In this document: positions 9,385-20,077 of the stretch, piece after piece
Layout of the letters: every line of letters begins with the position of its first letter
Numbering within the stretch: position 1 is the first letter of the stretch
Assembly (NCBI GenBank): GCA_018819285.1
Contig: JAHJQM010000029.1
Location: forward strand, 280 to 64,279
DNA length: 64,000 nt
Reading direction: 5' to 3'
Source: Candidatus Omnitrophota bacterium
GTDB lineage: Bacteria; Omnitrophota; Gorgyraeia; Gorgyraeales; Gorgyraeaceae
Notes under the pieces: generated by a model
What the model saw: the letters and a program-made list of their open reading frames with translations, nothing else
Databases searched by the model: none
Told to the model about the DNA's origin: nothing
Made by a program: the position numbers and the translations under genes

Positions 9385-10350
9385 TTAGGCAAAAAATTGT
9401 TTTATATCTGATGGGATTTCTGCGGAAAATTCGACTTGAATATTTTTGGAAGGATGGATAAAGCTTATTGATTTTGCATGAAGAGCTTGTCTTGATAATC
9501 CTTGGATACTAGGGCCCTTGTAAAGCGCATCTCCTAAAATCGGATGGCCTATATGCGAGAAATGTATGCGGATTTGATGAGTCCTGCCTGTCTTCGGAGC
9601 CACTTCAAGAATTGTAAAATTTTTTTCTTTATTCCTGGCAATTACTTTATAATGCGTTACTGCTTCTTTTCCAAAATATCTATCAACCACCATTCTCATT
9701 CTATTTTTTTTATCATGATTAACGGGCAGATCTATTATCCCTTCTTCTAGATCAATAATACCTTTTGCAATCGCAATGTAAGTTTTAGCAATGGTCCTAT
9801 TTTTTAACTGGCTTGAAAGTTTGCGTAACGCAACGCCTGTTTTCGCGACAAGCATCACGCCTGATGTATCCTTATCTAACCTGTGAACTATCCCGGGCCT
9901 CAAAACATGTTTTTCGTCTTTTGTTTCACGCGGCTTGTTAAATTCCGTAAGAAAACCTTTGTAGTTTAAGAGCGCGTTTACCAAAGTCCCTGAATAATTT
10001 CCGCATGCCGGATGCACCACCATTCCAGCTGGTTTATTAATTACTAAGATATCTTCGTCCTCATAAATAATATTCAGCGGTAATTTTTCAGCCTTTGGTA
10101 TTTTTTTATCACACACTATAAGGCTTTCTTTTTCCAGTTTTTCTAAATCTATTTCTATTTTATCGCCCGCATTTACTTTGTGGCCCACTTTCACTGCTTT
10201 ACCTTTCAATAAAATTTCACCTTTTTGTATCATCTCCTGGACAATAGTCCTGGATATCTCAAGCTCTGGCTTCATTCCCACCAGATGCTTTAAGCTGACA
10301 TTATCTATCCGTTTGCCGGTATCTTCTAATACTACTTCAAAAGTATACAT
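9385..10350 (-). CDS. rluD: RluA/RluD-family pseudouridine synthase with S4 domain
   Basis: NKPAGMVVHP, GIVHRLDKDTSG, TGRTHQIR, RQALHA; start moved to ATG 10350 because the track's extension begins inside a palindrome. Confidence 0.9.
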   Translation of the reverse strand: MYTFEVVLEDTGKRIDNVSLKHLVGMKPELEISRTIVQEMIQKGEILLKGKAVKVGHKVNAGDKIEIDLEKLEKESLIVCDKKIPKAEKLPLNIIYEDEDILVINKPAGMVVHPACGNYSGTLVNALLNYKGFLTEFNKPRETKDEKHVLRPGIVHRLDKDTSGVMLVAKTGVALRKLSSQLKNRTIAKTYIAIAKGIIDLEEGIIDLPVNHDKKNRMRMVVDRYFGKEAVTHYKVIARNKEKNFTILEVAPKTGRTHQIRIHFSHIGHPILGDALYKGPSIQGLSRQALHAKSISFIHPSKNIQVEFSAEIPSDIKQFFA

Positions 10351-10377
10351 TTCTATTATTTGCCCTTTCTTAATCAG

Positions 10378-10420
10378 CCTAACTTTACAAATGGTGCCTG
10401 GCACGAATTGTAAAGTTAGG
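10378..10420. repeat. Composite palindrome (family C): AACTTTACAA arms around a GTGCC-T-GGCAC core
   Basis: cctaactttacaa-atggtgcctggcacgaa-ttgtaaagttagg. Confidence 0.8.
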
Positions 10421-10426
10421 GATATT

Positions 10427-13400
10427 TTATACTATGGCTCTTAAGAAAGCTATAAGAAATTTCAGAGAGACTCGTATAAATAATTTAACAAGGGGCTTAT
10501 CTTTTATTAATTCTGCTATTGGCGGGCTAAAACGGTAATAGAGATTAACGAATTCTTTACCCAGTTTTGATTTTAATAGGCACTGATCTCTGAATTCGCG
10601 CAAGGCTACCACTTCTTTAGCATCAGTAGAGCCAAATGCTGCGGTAGCGATGAAACAACTACCGCCGCCACCGCCACTACTATCTTGCTGTCCAGGATTC
10701 TCAGGCTGAGCAACATTTTCATTATTTTTTTCAGCGCCTGCGATTCCGAATATAGTAAAATGGCTTGTCTTTACTGTAACTATATTTTCTTTTGGAAATA
10801 CAAAACTGCCTGAAAGAATTTTCCATTCAACATTTTTTTCATCATACCAGTATACCTCCAAGGTTAACTCATCAATATTTTTATCATCTACAATACCATC
10901 TCCGTTTTCGTCAATATATGGTATAGATATAATCATTTCCTTATTAAAAGGGCCTTTGTGGTTTTCAAATTGATATTCCCGGTATTCTCCTATAGGCTTA
11001 TTTTGGTTAATATTGATTTCTCTCTGAATCTGGCTTGATTCCAATCTTTTTATATTAACAATGTCATCTTGCTCCAATATATCTGCCGGCATAACTAAAG
11101 ATGTTTTATCTGATAATTCTATTCTGCCTATTTTATACTTATATACATTATTTGGCGAGACGATTGGCTTTTTATCATTATTTTTTCCATTTGAAACATA
11201 GATAGTTTCTTGGCACGACATAATAACACGGCCTATTGTCCTGACATCAAGATTTGTCATGTAGGTTCCTGAATCATTATATGTAAATTCCGCCTGAGGA
11301 ACCAGAGTTACGAGGTCAATTATCCCATCATTGTCAAAATCCCATAAATATTCCACATCGCTTATTTCATCTTCAATTTCAAAGGAAAATCTTACTGCAA
11401 GGGGTGCATTGCCCTTTTGCGGATTGATAATAATTTTGCCTTTTTTAATATCCTCTGGATCAAAAATCCCGAATCTAATTTCTGATTTGGCCTGGTTGGA
11501 TAAATTGTTTGAGTCTGTAACGCGTACAGTAGGCGTGTAAACGCCTGGCTCGCAATAAGTGTGTTTAATTATGCCAGGGCTTAATGAAGTATAATCGAAT
11601 ACGCCATCGCCTTCAAAATCCCATTGATATTTTTGGATTAAATTGCTGCTATTTACAGCAGCTTCAAAATTTATTTCCAGAGGGACATTTCCTGTAACAG
11701 GCGATACTGAGGAACTAACGCTCAAAACTTTAGGGTCTTCTATCTCAATTAAAGCCTTCTCTGAGCCAGTTAATCCGTCAAAGCTGGTAACCCTGAACTC
11801 CGCATTATATTTTCCTGGAAGGGCATAGGTTTTAACAACCTCCCCTGATTCAGATGAATTAGCTTCAAAAACGCCGTCACCATCGAAATCCCATTCATAT
11901 TTCGATACGCCTTGAGGGCAAAATGCATCGCCTTTAAAAAATACCTTGCAAGGCGCAACGCCTTCTAAAGGAAACGCATTTAAATAGACGCCTGGCGCGT
12001 CAGGATTTTTAGCTACATTAATAGTAACTGTATAGGTATTCGTGATTCCGTTTTTATCTGTTACGCGTAACTTTGCAGGAAAGCTGCCTTCGCCTGTATA
12101 TATAAAAACAACCTCCCCTGATTCAGGCGAACTGAAATCATATATGCCTTTGCCATCAAAATCCCATTCGTATTTAACTATTCTTTTGAACTTACTGATA
12201 GCTTCTGACTTAAAATGCACTTCGAGCGGGGCCATGCCATTTAAAGGTTCAGCCAGCGACTTTGCTTCCAAGATTATAGGCAAAGAATCGGAAACTATTA
12301 TTTTAACTTTTTCTGAGGCCTTGACTTTGCCATCGCTGACAATAAATGTTACAAAATATTCTCCTGTTTGATTTTCTACCGGCTTCCAGAAAAATCTTTT
12401 TACCCATGGATCAAAACTGGCTCCGCGAGGAAGCGTTTCTGCAGAATAAATAAGCAAATCTCCGTCTATATCAACGGCTTCAACAAAAAATTCTAAACTA
12501 TCTCCTGCTATTATTTCTTTTTCGCCTATAGTAAATAAAACGGGCTCGTGATTTTTCTTTGGAATTTCTTTTTCGCCCACGTCAAAAAATATTGAACCCT
12601 GGCCGATCTCTCCAAATTTATACATAACCCTGTAAATCCCATGCCTGTCTAATTCAGGAGAGACTATTTTTTCGAATTTATTGACGCCTTTTTGCAGATT
12701 TACGTCTTCTTCAATGATATTCACGGCATCTGAATCCGGCTTTATTAAATACGCGCTTAACTTGATAGAACATGCTTCGCCTGATTCAATCTTCCAATTA
12801 AGAGCCACGTTTTCGCCGTCTTCGTAAATATCCTTATCGCATCCCGCTTTAATGATTTTAATGGAAGATGTTTCCGGCTTTTCCCCGTTTATTAAATAAG
12901 AATTTAAATAAAGGGATTTTCCGGATTCAAAATATATCCCATAATAAATTTTCTCATTGTCGTTCAGGCCGGGGATATTGAATTCGAGATCCTTTTCTTC
13001 ATTCAGGACAAAATCTATCTTCTTTTCATAATCACTGCATCTGGCCTCTGCAAAAAGCTTCAAGCCCTTCGCTGAGCTTAAATTTTTAACATTGAGCTTA
13101 AAGATACCGGCCTCTGCCTCAGCCTCAGCTTCAACCTTTACGCCTATTATTTTAAAATTTACCTTATGCGTCTCGTCTTTAAATTTATACTCTGCTTCAT
13201 AATTCCCTTCATCCGCATCTTCCGGGATTAAAAATTCGAACGCTATTTCTTTATCCTTGCCAGATCCTAATAATTCTGATCGCGTTTCATTGATTAGATC
13301 CTGGGATTTAAAATTTACTTCGCATTTTCCCTGCGCCTCGCCTTCATTTATAATCCTAAATCTAAATTTGGCTTTTTCTCCTGCGTTAAAACTAAGGCCT

Positions 13401-16400
13401 TCGTCTTCCAAATAGAAAACCTTAAAAATTGGCGCGCTAATTTTTTCGCCTATATAAAAGGCTTTTACGAACTTAACTGTTTCCTGAAAAATAGGGGATT
13501 TTAATGTTGCCTCTATGTAATATTTTCCTTTTCCCGCAATAGCCGGAATTTCAAAATTAATCACTGATTCATTTTCTATATTAGAAATTTCCTCGCGCTT
13601 TTGAAAGCATGCAAAATCGCTGCCAGAATATTCATCGCCAGAAGTATAAACTGCGAGAAGCTTATATCTTAAAAAAGAACTCTCGCTATTATATCTGTCG
13701 TAGACCTGGATATAATAATTAGACGGGTTAGCGGTTTCAAATTCCATTGTAACATCTTCGCCTGAGGCGCCGCCTTTTATGTCAATGTTCTGGCCAGACT
13801 CTTTATAAAGTTTCATATAAGGCCTTACATTGACCGGCATGTCTTTTAAATAAACAGTTATTTTGCCGGCGTCTGGTATAGATAATTTATAAAAATCGGA
13901 ATCTGCTTTGGTCGCAACTGTGGCAAAGTAATTTTTACCAAAATCAATAAGCCTTGCAGCCTCTTTTGTTTCATTGGGCTCGTATTCATCCAGGGTTTTT
14001 ATAAAATTAAAATTCAGGGAGTAGCTATTTAGCGAAGAGACATTTCCATACCAGTCTCTTACTAAAAGATAATAAAGGCCGGGTTTGTCAAATTCTGTCT
14101 CAAGGATTACATTTTCATTGGCTGAGCCGCCTTTCATTGAGATTACTTTGCCTGATGTATCATAAATTTTTATAGAAGGCCTCAGGCCTTGCGGCACTTC
14201 GTACATTTTTATATATAAAACGCCCTTTTCCTGGATATTGAATTTAAAAAAGTCTTCATCTCCGGTACTATAGATTTTACCGTGTATTCTTGAATCCACA
14301 TCTATCTCGTTTGCGTTTGTAAAAGCGCTGTTAGGCTCTATCTCCTCAGAATCCTGATATATAGCCGGGTCCAATGTATCATTAAAAATATTTTCGCCTT
14401 CGTTTATCTGTATATTTTTTGATATATTGCCAGGCGACGCAGTTAAAAGATAATTTCCAACAGGCACATAGATAAATTTAAACAGGCTATCGCCTGAAGT
14501 TACGGCAAATCTAGTTGAGGTATTCGAACTGGCAACGTTCACAGGTTCCAGCGTAATGGTCGAACCTATTGAATTTTCAATAACGCCTGACAGATTTCCA
14601 TATTTTGACGGCGTTAAATTTATATCCAGATTGTTGTCTCCTGGAAAAATTTCAATATCTTTTGAAACAGTGTCGAAAGCCGGGGCTTTTATACTGATAA
14701 CTCTATGACCTTTATCAAGGCCTTTTAACCTGTATTTGCCGTCTTTATTTGTATAAATGCCTTCTATTATGGCGCCTTTTATAACAGCGCCGTTATCATC
14801 TCTTACTGTCCCATATAAATCCCATGAATTCAATTCCGGAAAAACTCTAATATCAAGATAACCTTTTTCTATTATTTCTCCGATATTTTTAATTTTAACG
14901 CTCGCAGATATAAGCTGATTCTTCGGATAATTATTTTCCATATTTACAATTAAATCCACGTTCAGGCCAGGGATACTGTAAGATTCTGTAGCGATTTCTG
15001 TATCTTCGCCATCACTTAAAGGCTTTGGGCCTTCGAAACATATGCTTTTAAATCCAATAAGCCTGGAATTCGAAAATGTGCTAAGTTTAGCTTTGCATGT
15101 TCCTCTTGAAATATCCTCTGGTATAGCGAAACTCTGAGGCCAGGACCCGGAGCCAAGCTCTGCTAATTTGATCTCCGAGGAACAATAATAAATTTGTTTG
15201 TTGCTAGAGTCGGTTATATCCAGGATGGTCAGGATATTAAGCGAGACGCTGGTTTTATTTTTAAAATTTACGTTTATTGAGGCTATTTCGCCAGGCAAAT
15301 ACTGCTCTTTATCACTAGACATATCTATATCCAAGCTTGGCTCAAAGACATTAATGCCCCGCTCTGCCTTGCCTATAAAAACATTCTGCGAAGAATAAAA
15401 ATAAGAACTCAACAGGTCTGTTGAGCTAGCGATTATTTCCTTATCGAATGAAATTGTTTTGCCGGCAGGAACTACGACTATGTCATTATATTCTATTTTA
15501 TGATGCGGGAGTATTGCTTTATATTTTATCGACTCATCCCTGGCAGTATTATTTCTCATGTGAAATGTAAACGTGGCAACGTTGCCAGAGATATAATTTT
15601 CACTGTCGCTTGTTATGTCAAAGGTAAAATCCGGGTTTTGTGAAGCGTCTGGCGGTGGCTTGGCAAAAGAAAAATAAATTCCTTCTGCTTGAGGCTGGAT
15701 GGCTTTAGAATCAATGTCGTAAAGAATGTAGTCCACAGAATAGATTCCTGGTTTTTCCAGGGCCTGGCCTAACTTATACGCCGCTTCGTTTGAAATATTC
15801 CTCTCTAAAACCTCACCTTCAGGCGACTTTAATATCATTTCTATCTTGTTAAAATCAAGGTTTGTCTGTATTGGGATTTCAAAACTCTCGCCAGTTTTAT
15901 ATTCTGGCAAGTTTTTGCCGGACTTTGCCCATCGAAGGAGATCTCTTACGAGATTAATCTCTGAAGAACTTGCCTGGCCATTTAAATAGCCCCAGTCTGA
16001 ATACATAGAAGCTACTATGACGACGCCTTTTCCGAAATTATACAAAAGCATTGCAGGCATCTGGTTTTTTGACCTTCTAAGTAAAATTGCGGCGCCATCC
16101 GGATAATCCGTAAAATATCCGTCCAGTTTTATATCAGGGTATAATTCATTTTGCGAACTAAGTACCTGGTGGAAATTTTCAATATAGGCGGCTTTTGTAT
16201 GACAGGACGCATCTTCCTGCCAGCCGTATGCATTTAGTCTTTCTCCTGGAAGGGCGTTAAAATCATAGCCATATTGCTGGGAAAAACATATAATAGCGCC
16301 TCCATTTTTTACATACTCTGAAAGTTTATTTTTGAATATCGCTGAATGCGAAAGGCCTGAAAGCCCGCCCGTAGGAATTACCAGGACCTTTTGTTCGTCA

Positions 16401-17821
16401 AGTATATAAGGCTCGAACGTATGGTCTATAATCCTGACCGGCTCTCCGACTTTTTCTATTATTAACTTTCTCATCTCATTGTAATAACCATTTGCCAATA
16501 CAGCTATATCAGGAGATTCAAGGTATTCCCTGGACGCATATATATAATAATCATGGAGAAGTTTATTTTTCTGGCCCAGGGCTTCTTCCCATTCATTGAT
16601 AATATTATCTACGTTAGCGCCTGTTGAAATTTCCAATTGAGCGTCTTCAAATAGAGTTAATATTTCCCAGTATTTCATTAGATATGCCTTATTTTTCCTG
16701 ACCGCAATCCTGAGATATAAATCAAAAAGCTTCCTGGGGCTCATATCTATGCCTTTGGCAAAATCTACTGTATCGAATGTATCATCAGGATGGTCTATGC
16801 CAGGGCCTGATAAAAATGCCAACTGTTTATTCTTATAAGGCTTCAACCTCTTGAAAAAAATGCTTTCTCCGCCTTTTTCCAGTTTATCAAGCATGACTGC
16901 TAAAACTGTTTCACTATTGCAGAAATTAAAATGATTCACGCCCAAAAAATACTCATACCCTATGTCTTCTCTTTTTTCTATAACAGGGCTCCAGTCGCCT
17001 ACTATCAAGTCTTCGCTGCCGATTGCAATAAATGTCTTTATGCGCTTATCAGGCCCAAGATCCTGTATGCTTTTTAAGAACATGCTGTCCGGAGATAGTT
17101 CTTTTCTCAAGGCTTCGGATTCCATGCGGCTGCCAGGTATCCATATTTTATTATCAGCTACTTCCAATGCATATTGGCAGGCAGTCATGCTCTGGGCAAA
17201 AACCGATGGAATTACGCCCAGGATATTTTTGATATTTGCTACAAGGCTTGTAGAGCCGTTGTTGGGCGGGGCAAGTTCTATTATTGTCTCTATATTGTCT
17301 CTATAAGGGACTAAACCGAGCGAGCGCGAATACGCTGTTACCGCAAGACCTCCTGTAGAGTGGGTTATTACATCTGCCTTTTTATAATTTCTATCCGGGA
17401 GATTCTTATTTAGATAATCTATCCCTTCTTTTAACGCTACGCCTACATCATCGCCTAAATCCCTTACACCATAACCCCATGAATTGCCAATCATAGGCGC
17501 GTCTATCTTATGATCTCCATTTGTATCAACCGCATTTCCGCGCATATCAACGACAATTACATCGTAGCCGCGCTCAGTTAATTTTTTTACATAATTCTTA
17601 TTCTTATCACTCCAAACTTCTCCGCTAGAGTTAAAGCCGTGGACTAATAATATAGGCCTTTCTTTAATATCATTTGCAGCGTTTTCGTAACAATAAAAAT
17701 TTATTTTTGCGCCTTTGGTGCTCTCAACAGTAAAAGGCTTGGCAGGCTCATCCAATGCAAAAATATTATTTGCAAAAAAGATGAAAAATATGCCTGATAT
17801 TAAATGAATGATCAGCTTCAT
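10427..17821 (-). CDS. 2464-aa secreted modular surface protein: alpha/beta hydrolase, Ig-like, PPC-like repeats, four PKD domains, CFI-box-CTERM-like tail
   Basis: Signal peptide; LLVHGFNS and ITHSTGG; EIEPNSAF / DEYEPNET; YEWDFDG repeats; C-terminal GGGGGSCFIATAAFG..LREFRD..YYRFSPPIA. Confidence 0.85.
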   Translation of the reverse strand: MKLIIHLISGIFFIFFANNIFALDEPAKPFTVESTKGAKINFYCYENAANDIKERPILLVHGFNSSGEVWSDKNKNYVKKLTERGYDVIVVDMRGNAVDTNGDHKIDAPMIGNSWGYGVRDLGDDVGVALKEGIDYLNKNLPDRNYKKADVITHSTGGLAVTAYSRSLGLVPYRDNIETIIELAPPNNGSTSLVANIKNILGVIPSVFAQSMTACQYALEVADNKIWIPGSRMESEALRKELSPDSMFLKSIQDLGPDKRIKTFIAIGSEDLIVGDWSPVIEKREDIGYEYFLGVNHFNFCNSETVLAVMLDKLEKGGESIFFKRLKPYKNKQLAFLSGPGIDHPDDTFDTVDFAKGIDMSPRKLFDLYLRIAVRKNKAYLMKYWEILTLFEDAQLEISTGANVDNIINEWEEALGQKNKLLHDYYIYASREYLESPDIAVLANGYYNEMRKLIIEKVGEPVRIIDHTFEPYILDEQKVLVIPTGGLSGLSHSAIFKNKLSEYVKNGGAIICFSQQYGYDFNALPGERLNAYGWQEDASCHTKAAYIENFHQVLSSQNELYPDIKLDGYFTDYPDGAAILLRRSKNQMPAMLLYNFGKGVVIVASMYSDWGYLNGQASSSEINLVRDLLRWAKSGKNLPEYKTGESFEIPIQTNLDFNKIEMILKSPEGEVLERNISNEAAYKLGQALEKPGIYSVDYILYDIDSKAIQPQAEGIYFSFAKPPPDASQNPDFTFDITSDSENYISGNVATFTFHMRNNTARDESIKYKAILPHHKIEYNDIVVVPAGKTISFDKEIIASSTDLLSSYFYSSQNVFIGKAERGINVFEPSLDIDMSSDKEQYLPGEIASINVNFKNKTSVSLNILTILDITDSSNKQIYYCSSEIKLAELGSGSWPQSFAIPEDISRGTCKAKLSTFSNSRLIGFKSICFEGPKPLSDGEDTEIATESYSIPGLNVDLIVNMENNYPKNQLISASVKIKNIGEIIEKGYLDIRVFPELNSWDLYGTVRDDNGAVIKGAIIEGIYTNKDGKYRLKGLDKGHRVISIKAPAFDTVSKDIEIFPGDNNLDINLTPSKYGNLSGVIENSIGSTITLEPVNVASSNTSTRFAVTSGDSLFKFIYVPVGNYLLTASPGNISKNIQINEGENIFNDTLDPAIYQDSEEIEPNSAFTNANEIDVDSRIHGKIYSTGDEDFFKFNIQEKGVLYIKMYEVPQGLRPSIKIYDTSGKVISMKGGSANENVILETEFDKPGLYYLLVRDWYGNVSSLNSYSLNFNFIKTLDEYEPNETKEAARLIDFGKNYFATVATKADSDFYKLSIPDAGKITVYLKDMPVNVRPYMKLYKESGQNIDIKGGASGEDVTMEFETANPSNYYIQVYDRYNSESSFLRYKLLAVYTSGDEYSGSDFACFQKREEISNIENESVINFEIPAIAGKGKYYIEATLKSPIFQETVKFVKAFYIGEKISAPIFKVFYLEDEGLSFNAGEKAKFRFRIINEGEAQGKCEVNFKSQDLINETRSELLGSGKDKEIAFEFLIPEDADEGNYEAEYKFKDETHKVNFKIIGVKVEAEAEAEAGIFKLNVKNLSSAKGLKLFAEARCSDYEKKIDFVLNEEKDLEFNIPGLNDNEKIYYGIYFESGKSLYLNSYLINGEKPETSSIKIIKAGCDKDIYEDGENVALNWKIESGEACSIKLSAYLIKPDSDAVNIIEEDVNLQKGVNKFEKIVSPELDRHGIYRVMYKFGEIGQGSIFFDVGEKEIPKKNHEPVLFTIGEKEIIAGDSLEFFVEAVDIDGDLLIYSAETLPRGASFDPWVKRFFWKPVENQTGEYFVTFIVSDGKVKASEKVKIIVSDSLPIILEAKSLAEPLNGMAPLEVHFKSEAISKFKRIVKYEWDFDGKGIYDFSSPESGEVVFIYTGEGSFPAKLRVTDKNGITNTYTVTINVAKNPDAPGVYLNAFPLEGVAPCKVFFKGDAFCPQGVSKYEWDFDGDGVFEANSSESGEVVKTYALPGKYNAEFRVTSFDGLTGSEKALIEIEDPKVLSVSSSVSPVTGNVPLEINFEAAVNSSNLIQKYQWDFEGDGVFDYTSLSPGIIKHTYCEPGVYTPTVRVTDSNNLSNQAKSEIRFGIFDPEDIKKGKIIINPQKGNAPLAVRFSFEIEDEISDVEYLWDFDNDGIIDLVTLVPQAEFTYNDSGTYMTNLDVRTIGRVIMSCQETIYVSNGKNNDKKPIVSPNNVYKYKIGRIELSDKTSLVMPADILEQDDIVNIKRLESSQIQREININQNKPIGEYREYQFENHKGPFNKEMIISIPYIDENGDGIVDDKNIDELTLEVYWYDEKNVEWKILSGSFVFPKENIVTVKTSHFTIFGIAGAEKNNENVAQPENPGQQDSSGGGGGSCFIATAAFGSTDAKEVVALREFRDQCLLKSKLGKEFVNLYYRFSPPIAELIKDKPLVKLFIRVSLKFLIAFLRAIV

Positions 17822-17834
17822 AAAATAATCTTTA

Positions 17835-17877
17835 TGTCATTGCGAGGAGTCCCGATTTATCGGAACGACGAAGCAAT
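17835..17877. repeat. GTCATTGCGAG...GAAGCAAT-type intergenic palindromic element, single copy here
   Basis: tgtcattgcgaggagtcccgatttatcggaacgacgaagcaat; resembles a widespread bacterial intergenic repeat (from recall). Confidence 0.5.
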
Positions 17878-17889
17878 TAAGCATACCTT

Positions 17890-18486
17890 TTATTGAATTA
17901 ATCTTTCAAGGCTTGTTTCTTCGTCTTTTAGAGTCCAAAGGAAGTCGTTCTTTAGCAGGATCGTTATTTTGTACTTTTCTGACCGTTCTGAAAATTTAAA
18001 TTTATTTATAAGGGTAGGTTGGCGTTTTCTTATAATTTTATCTGAGTCCAGTTGCAGTTTTTTATCTGCGCCGTTATTGGGATTAATTGTCCAATATCTT
18101 CTGCTGACAGTACGTACGCTCCATGCGTCGGACTTTGATAGCTGCTGGCAAAATACTATCCTTCCTTCATTAGTCCATTCGGGATAACGCATATCTATTT
18201 CAAAAAAATTTCTCCAACGATATTTTTTAAAAAATTTAGCTGTGCGATTTATAAGTGAACGGTCCTGAAAGGTAAGTTTTTTGAGGTTTTTGCCGTCTAT
18301 ATCTACTACCCAGATATCAAGATTCCCGACTGGAGTTATTGCAGAGAATGCAATTTTTGATTCATCCGGCGAAAGTTCAAAATCTATAATCTTTACTATA
18401 TCGCTTTTACTATGATTTACTGCGCCGCCGCAACTTCCCATAGCTATTCCAAGAAAAATAATCCCCAGCACCATCCTAGGCATCAT
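17890..18486 (-). CDS. Putative lipoprotein with TolB/PD40-like repeat
   Basis: Lipobox-like AMGSC; SPDESKIAFS..DIWVVDIDGKNLKKLT. Confidence 0.7.
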   Translation of the reverse strand: MMPRMVLGIIFLGIAMGSCGGAVNHSKSDIVKIIDFELSPDESKIAFSAITPVGNLDIWVVDIDGKNLKKLTFQDRSLINRTAKFFKKYRWRNFFEIDMRYPEWTNEGRIVFCQQLSKSDAWSVRTVSRRYWTINPNNGADKKLQLDSDKIIRKRQPTLINKFKFSERSEKYKITILLKNDFLWTLKDEETSLERLIQ

Positions 18487-18496
18487 GCCCCCTTCA

Positions 18497-18533
18497 AAGT
18501 TGACACTTCTGTCATTGTCAGAAGCGTCAACTT
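18497..18533. repeat. REP-like palindrome family A, copy 2 (37 bp)
   Basis: aagttgacacttctgtc-att-gtcagaagcgtcaactt. Confidence 0.9.
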
Positions 18534-18542
18534 TGACTTAAG

Positions 18543-18899
18543 CTATCTCCTATTTCTTGATTTTCTGCGCTCTTTATACAATGTATTGATTACTGGATAA
18601 TAAATGTTTACAGCGGCAGAGCTAGACTCTTTAACTATATTGATTATTTTCTTTTTCTTGTAGTCAGATGAGTTTAGTTTTTCATCATTTAATAAAAGTT
18701 CGTAGATATCTACTTCTAAGGCCTCTGCAATGCGGGAAATCATATAAAAGGTAGGGAGTTTTTTGCAGCTTTCAATTCTGCTTATATATGTAGGATGAAC
18801 ATTTACTTCTTCTGCTAATCTTAACTGCGTCCAACCTTTGGAGTTTCGAATTGTCCTGATTCTATTGGCTAGAATACTGCTATCATTTGCTATGCTCAT
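18543..18899 (-). CDS. XRE-family HTH transcriptional regulator
   Basis: RIRTIRNSKGWTQLRLAEEVNVHPTYISRIE..PT..IAEALEV; start trimmed to ATG 18899 (the track start lies in a palindrome). Confidence 0.88.
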   Translation of the reverse strand: MSIANDSSILANRIRTIRNSKGWTQLRLAEEVNVHPTYISRIESCKKLPTFYMISRIAEALEVDIYELLLNDEKLNSSDYKKKKIINIVKESSSAAVNIYYPVINTLYKERRKSRNRR

Positions 18900-19013
18900 A
18901 AAATTACCTTTCATTATAAATAGACAGAGTGATAGAGTGAATAAAAATAAGGTCATATAATAATGTCTATTGGACACACTGTTATGATATGTTAAAAAAT
19001 ATGGCCGGCTTCT

Positions 19014-19048
19014 AAGTTGACACTCTGACAATGTTAGAGTGTCAACTT
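19014..19048. repeat. REP-like palindrome family A, copy 3; contains the RAYT stop codon
   Basis: aagttgacactctgac-aat-gttagagtgtcaactt. Confidence 0.95.
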
Positions 19049-19938
19049 GGCGTATAGCTAGACTGAAGCTTATAAATGGCCTGACGGGTCAAATTTAACT
19101 TTTCTGCAATTTCAGAAACATGAAAACCTCTTGATTTTAACTGTTCTATCAAAAACATTCTTGCCTTAATCTCTTGAGGATTAGTAAGTCTTCCTTTTTT
19201 CCTTAATTGCTCTATCCGCTTTTCAATATCGTAATCGTCTGGAAGATTGCGCTCTATGCGCCATTCTTTATTTTTTTCTCTCAACATCCTTGCCATCGCA
19301 TCCAGGGCATCAGGTTTTTCAAATACATTACTTATCCTGCCGACATTAAATCCTTTTAACAGATTTCTATATTTCATCTTGGCGCGACATATATCATTAT
19401 CCAATATTTCAAGAATAAATTTATAATCCACAAACGTCTCCTTTTCTGCATCGTCTAAAAATAATGCGCACGAAGACCATCTGTAATCAACAGGATTATT
19501 AGCCAATTCTGCTTTTGCAGGATTTACATGTATATACAATGATGATGCTAAAAGATAACTATCATCAAAACACAATGCCGATCTATATGCTCCGCAAAAT
19601 ACGTGCCCTTTTCTCTGGTATTTTTTATTGAAATATACAGCATATCGTTGCAACAGCTTTTTCATTATATCCGACATATTTGATCCAAGAAACTTTAATA
19701 GTAAATGAAGATGATTTGACATAAGCACAAAACTTAATACATTACACTTAAACTTACAGAGAACTTCTTTTATCAAATGAAGCATATAAAGATAATCTGC
19801 GTCTTCTAAAAATAGGGGCTCTGTTCCTGATGCATGCTGAGTAATATGACTTATAGCGCCTTCAAAACAATATTTATTTCTAGCCCTGAAGTAACGCTTC
19901 ACCTCCCCCCGCTCTATCAATTCAATTATATCTGCCAC
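19042..19938 (-). mobile_element. REP-associated tyrosine transposase (RAYT / HUH Y1 TnpA-like) with C-terminal HTH
   Basis: HITQ..PLF, LMSNHLHLL (HUH), YFNKKYQRKGHVF, YIHVNP (catalytic Tyr), YRWSS; C-terminal SEIAEKLNLTRQAIYKL; GTG start after SD GGAGG; palindromes on both flanks. Confidence 0.92.
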
Positions 19939-19960
19939 AATACACCTCCTCTGGTTAAAC

Positions 19961-19995
19961 AAGTTGACAAACTAACATTGTAAGAGTGTCAACTT
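19961..19995. repeat. REP-like palindrome family A, copy 4
   Basis: aagttgacaaactaac-att-gtaagagtgtcaactt. Confidence 0.95.
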
Positions 19996-20077
19996 ATCTG
20001 GGTTTCTATCATATATGACACATTTGGAAACCGTTTTCTTTCAATTTTTTTAAAGTTTTTAATTACATAGCTTGCAT

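Noticed and set aside
18900-19031. N-terminal extensions in the ORF track for XRE, RAYT, rluD, mtnP and truB
   Set aside because: They begin in or beside palindromes; more plausible downstream starts match the family N-termini
19042-19938. Classical IS200/IS605 insertion sequence
   Set aside because: Protein is about 298 aa with RAYT-type motifs (YIHVNP, YRWSS) and a C-terminal HTH, there is no tnpB, and its flanking hairpins are dispersed across the window
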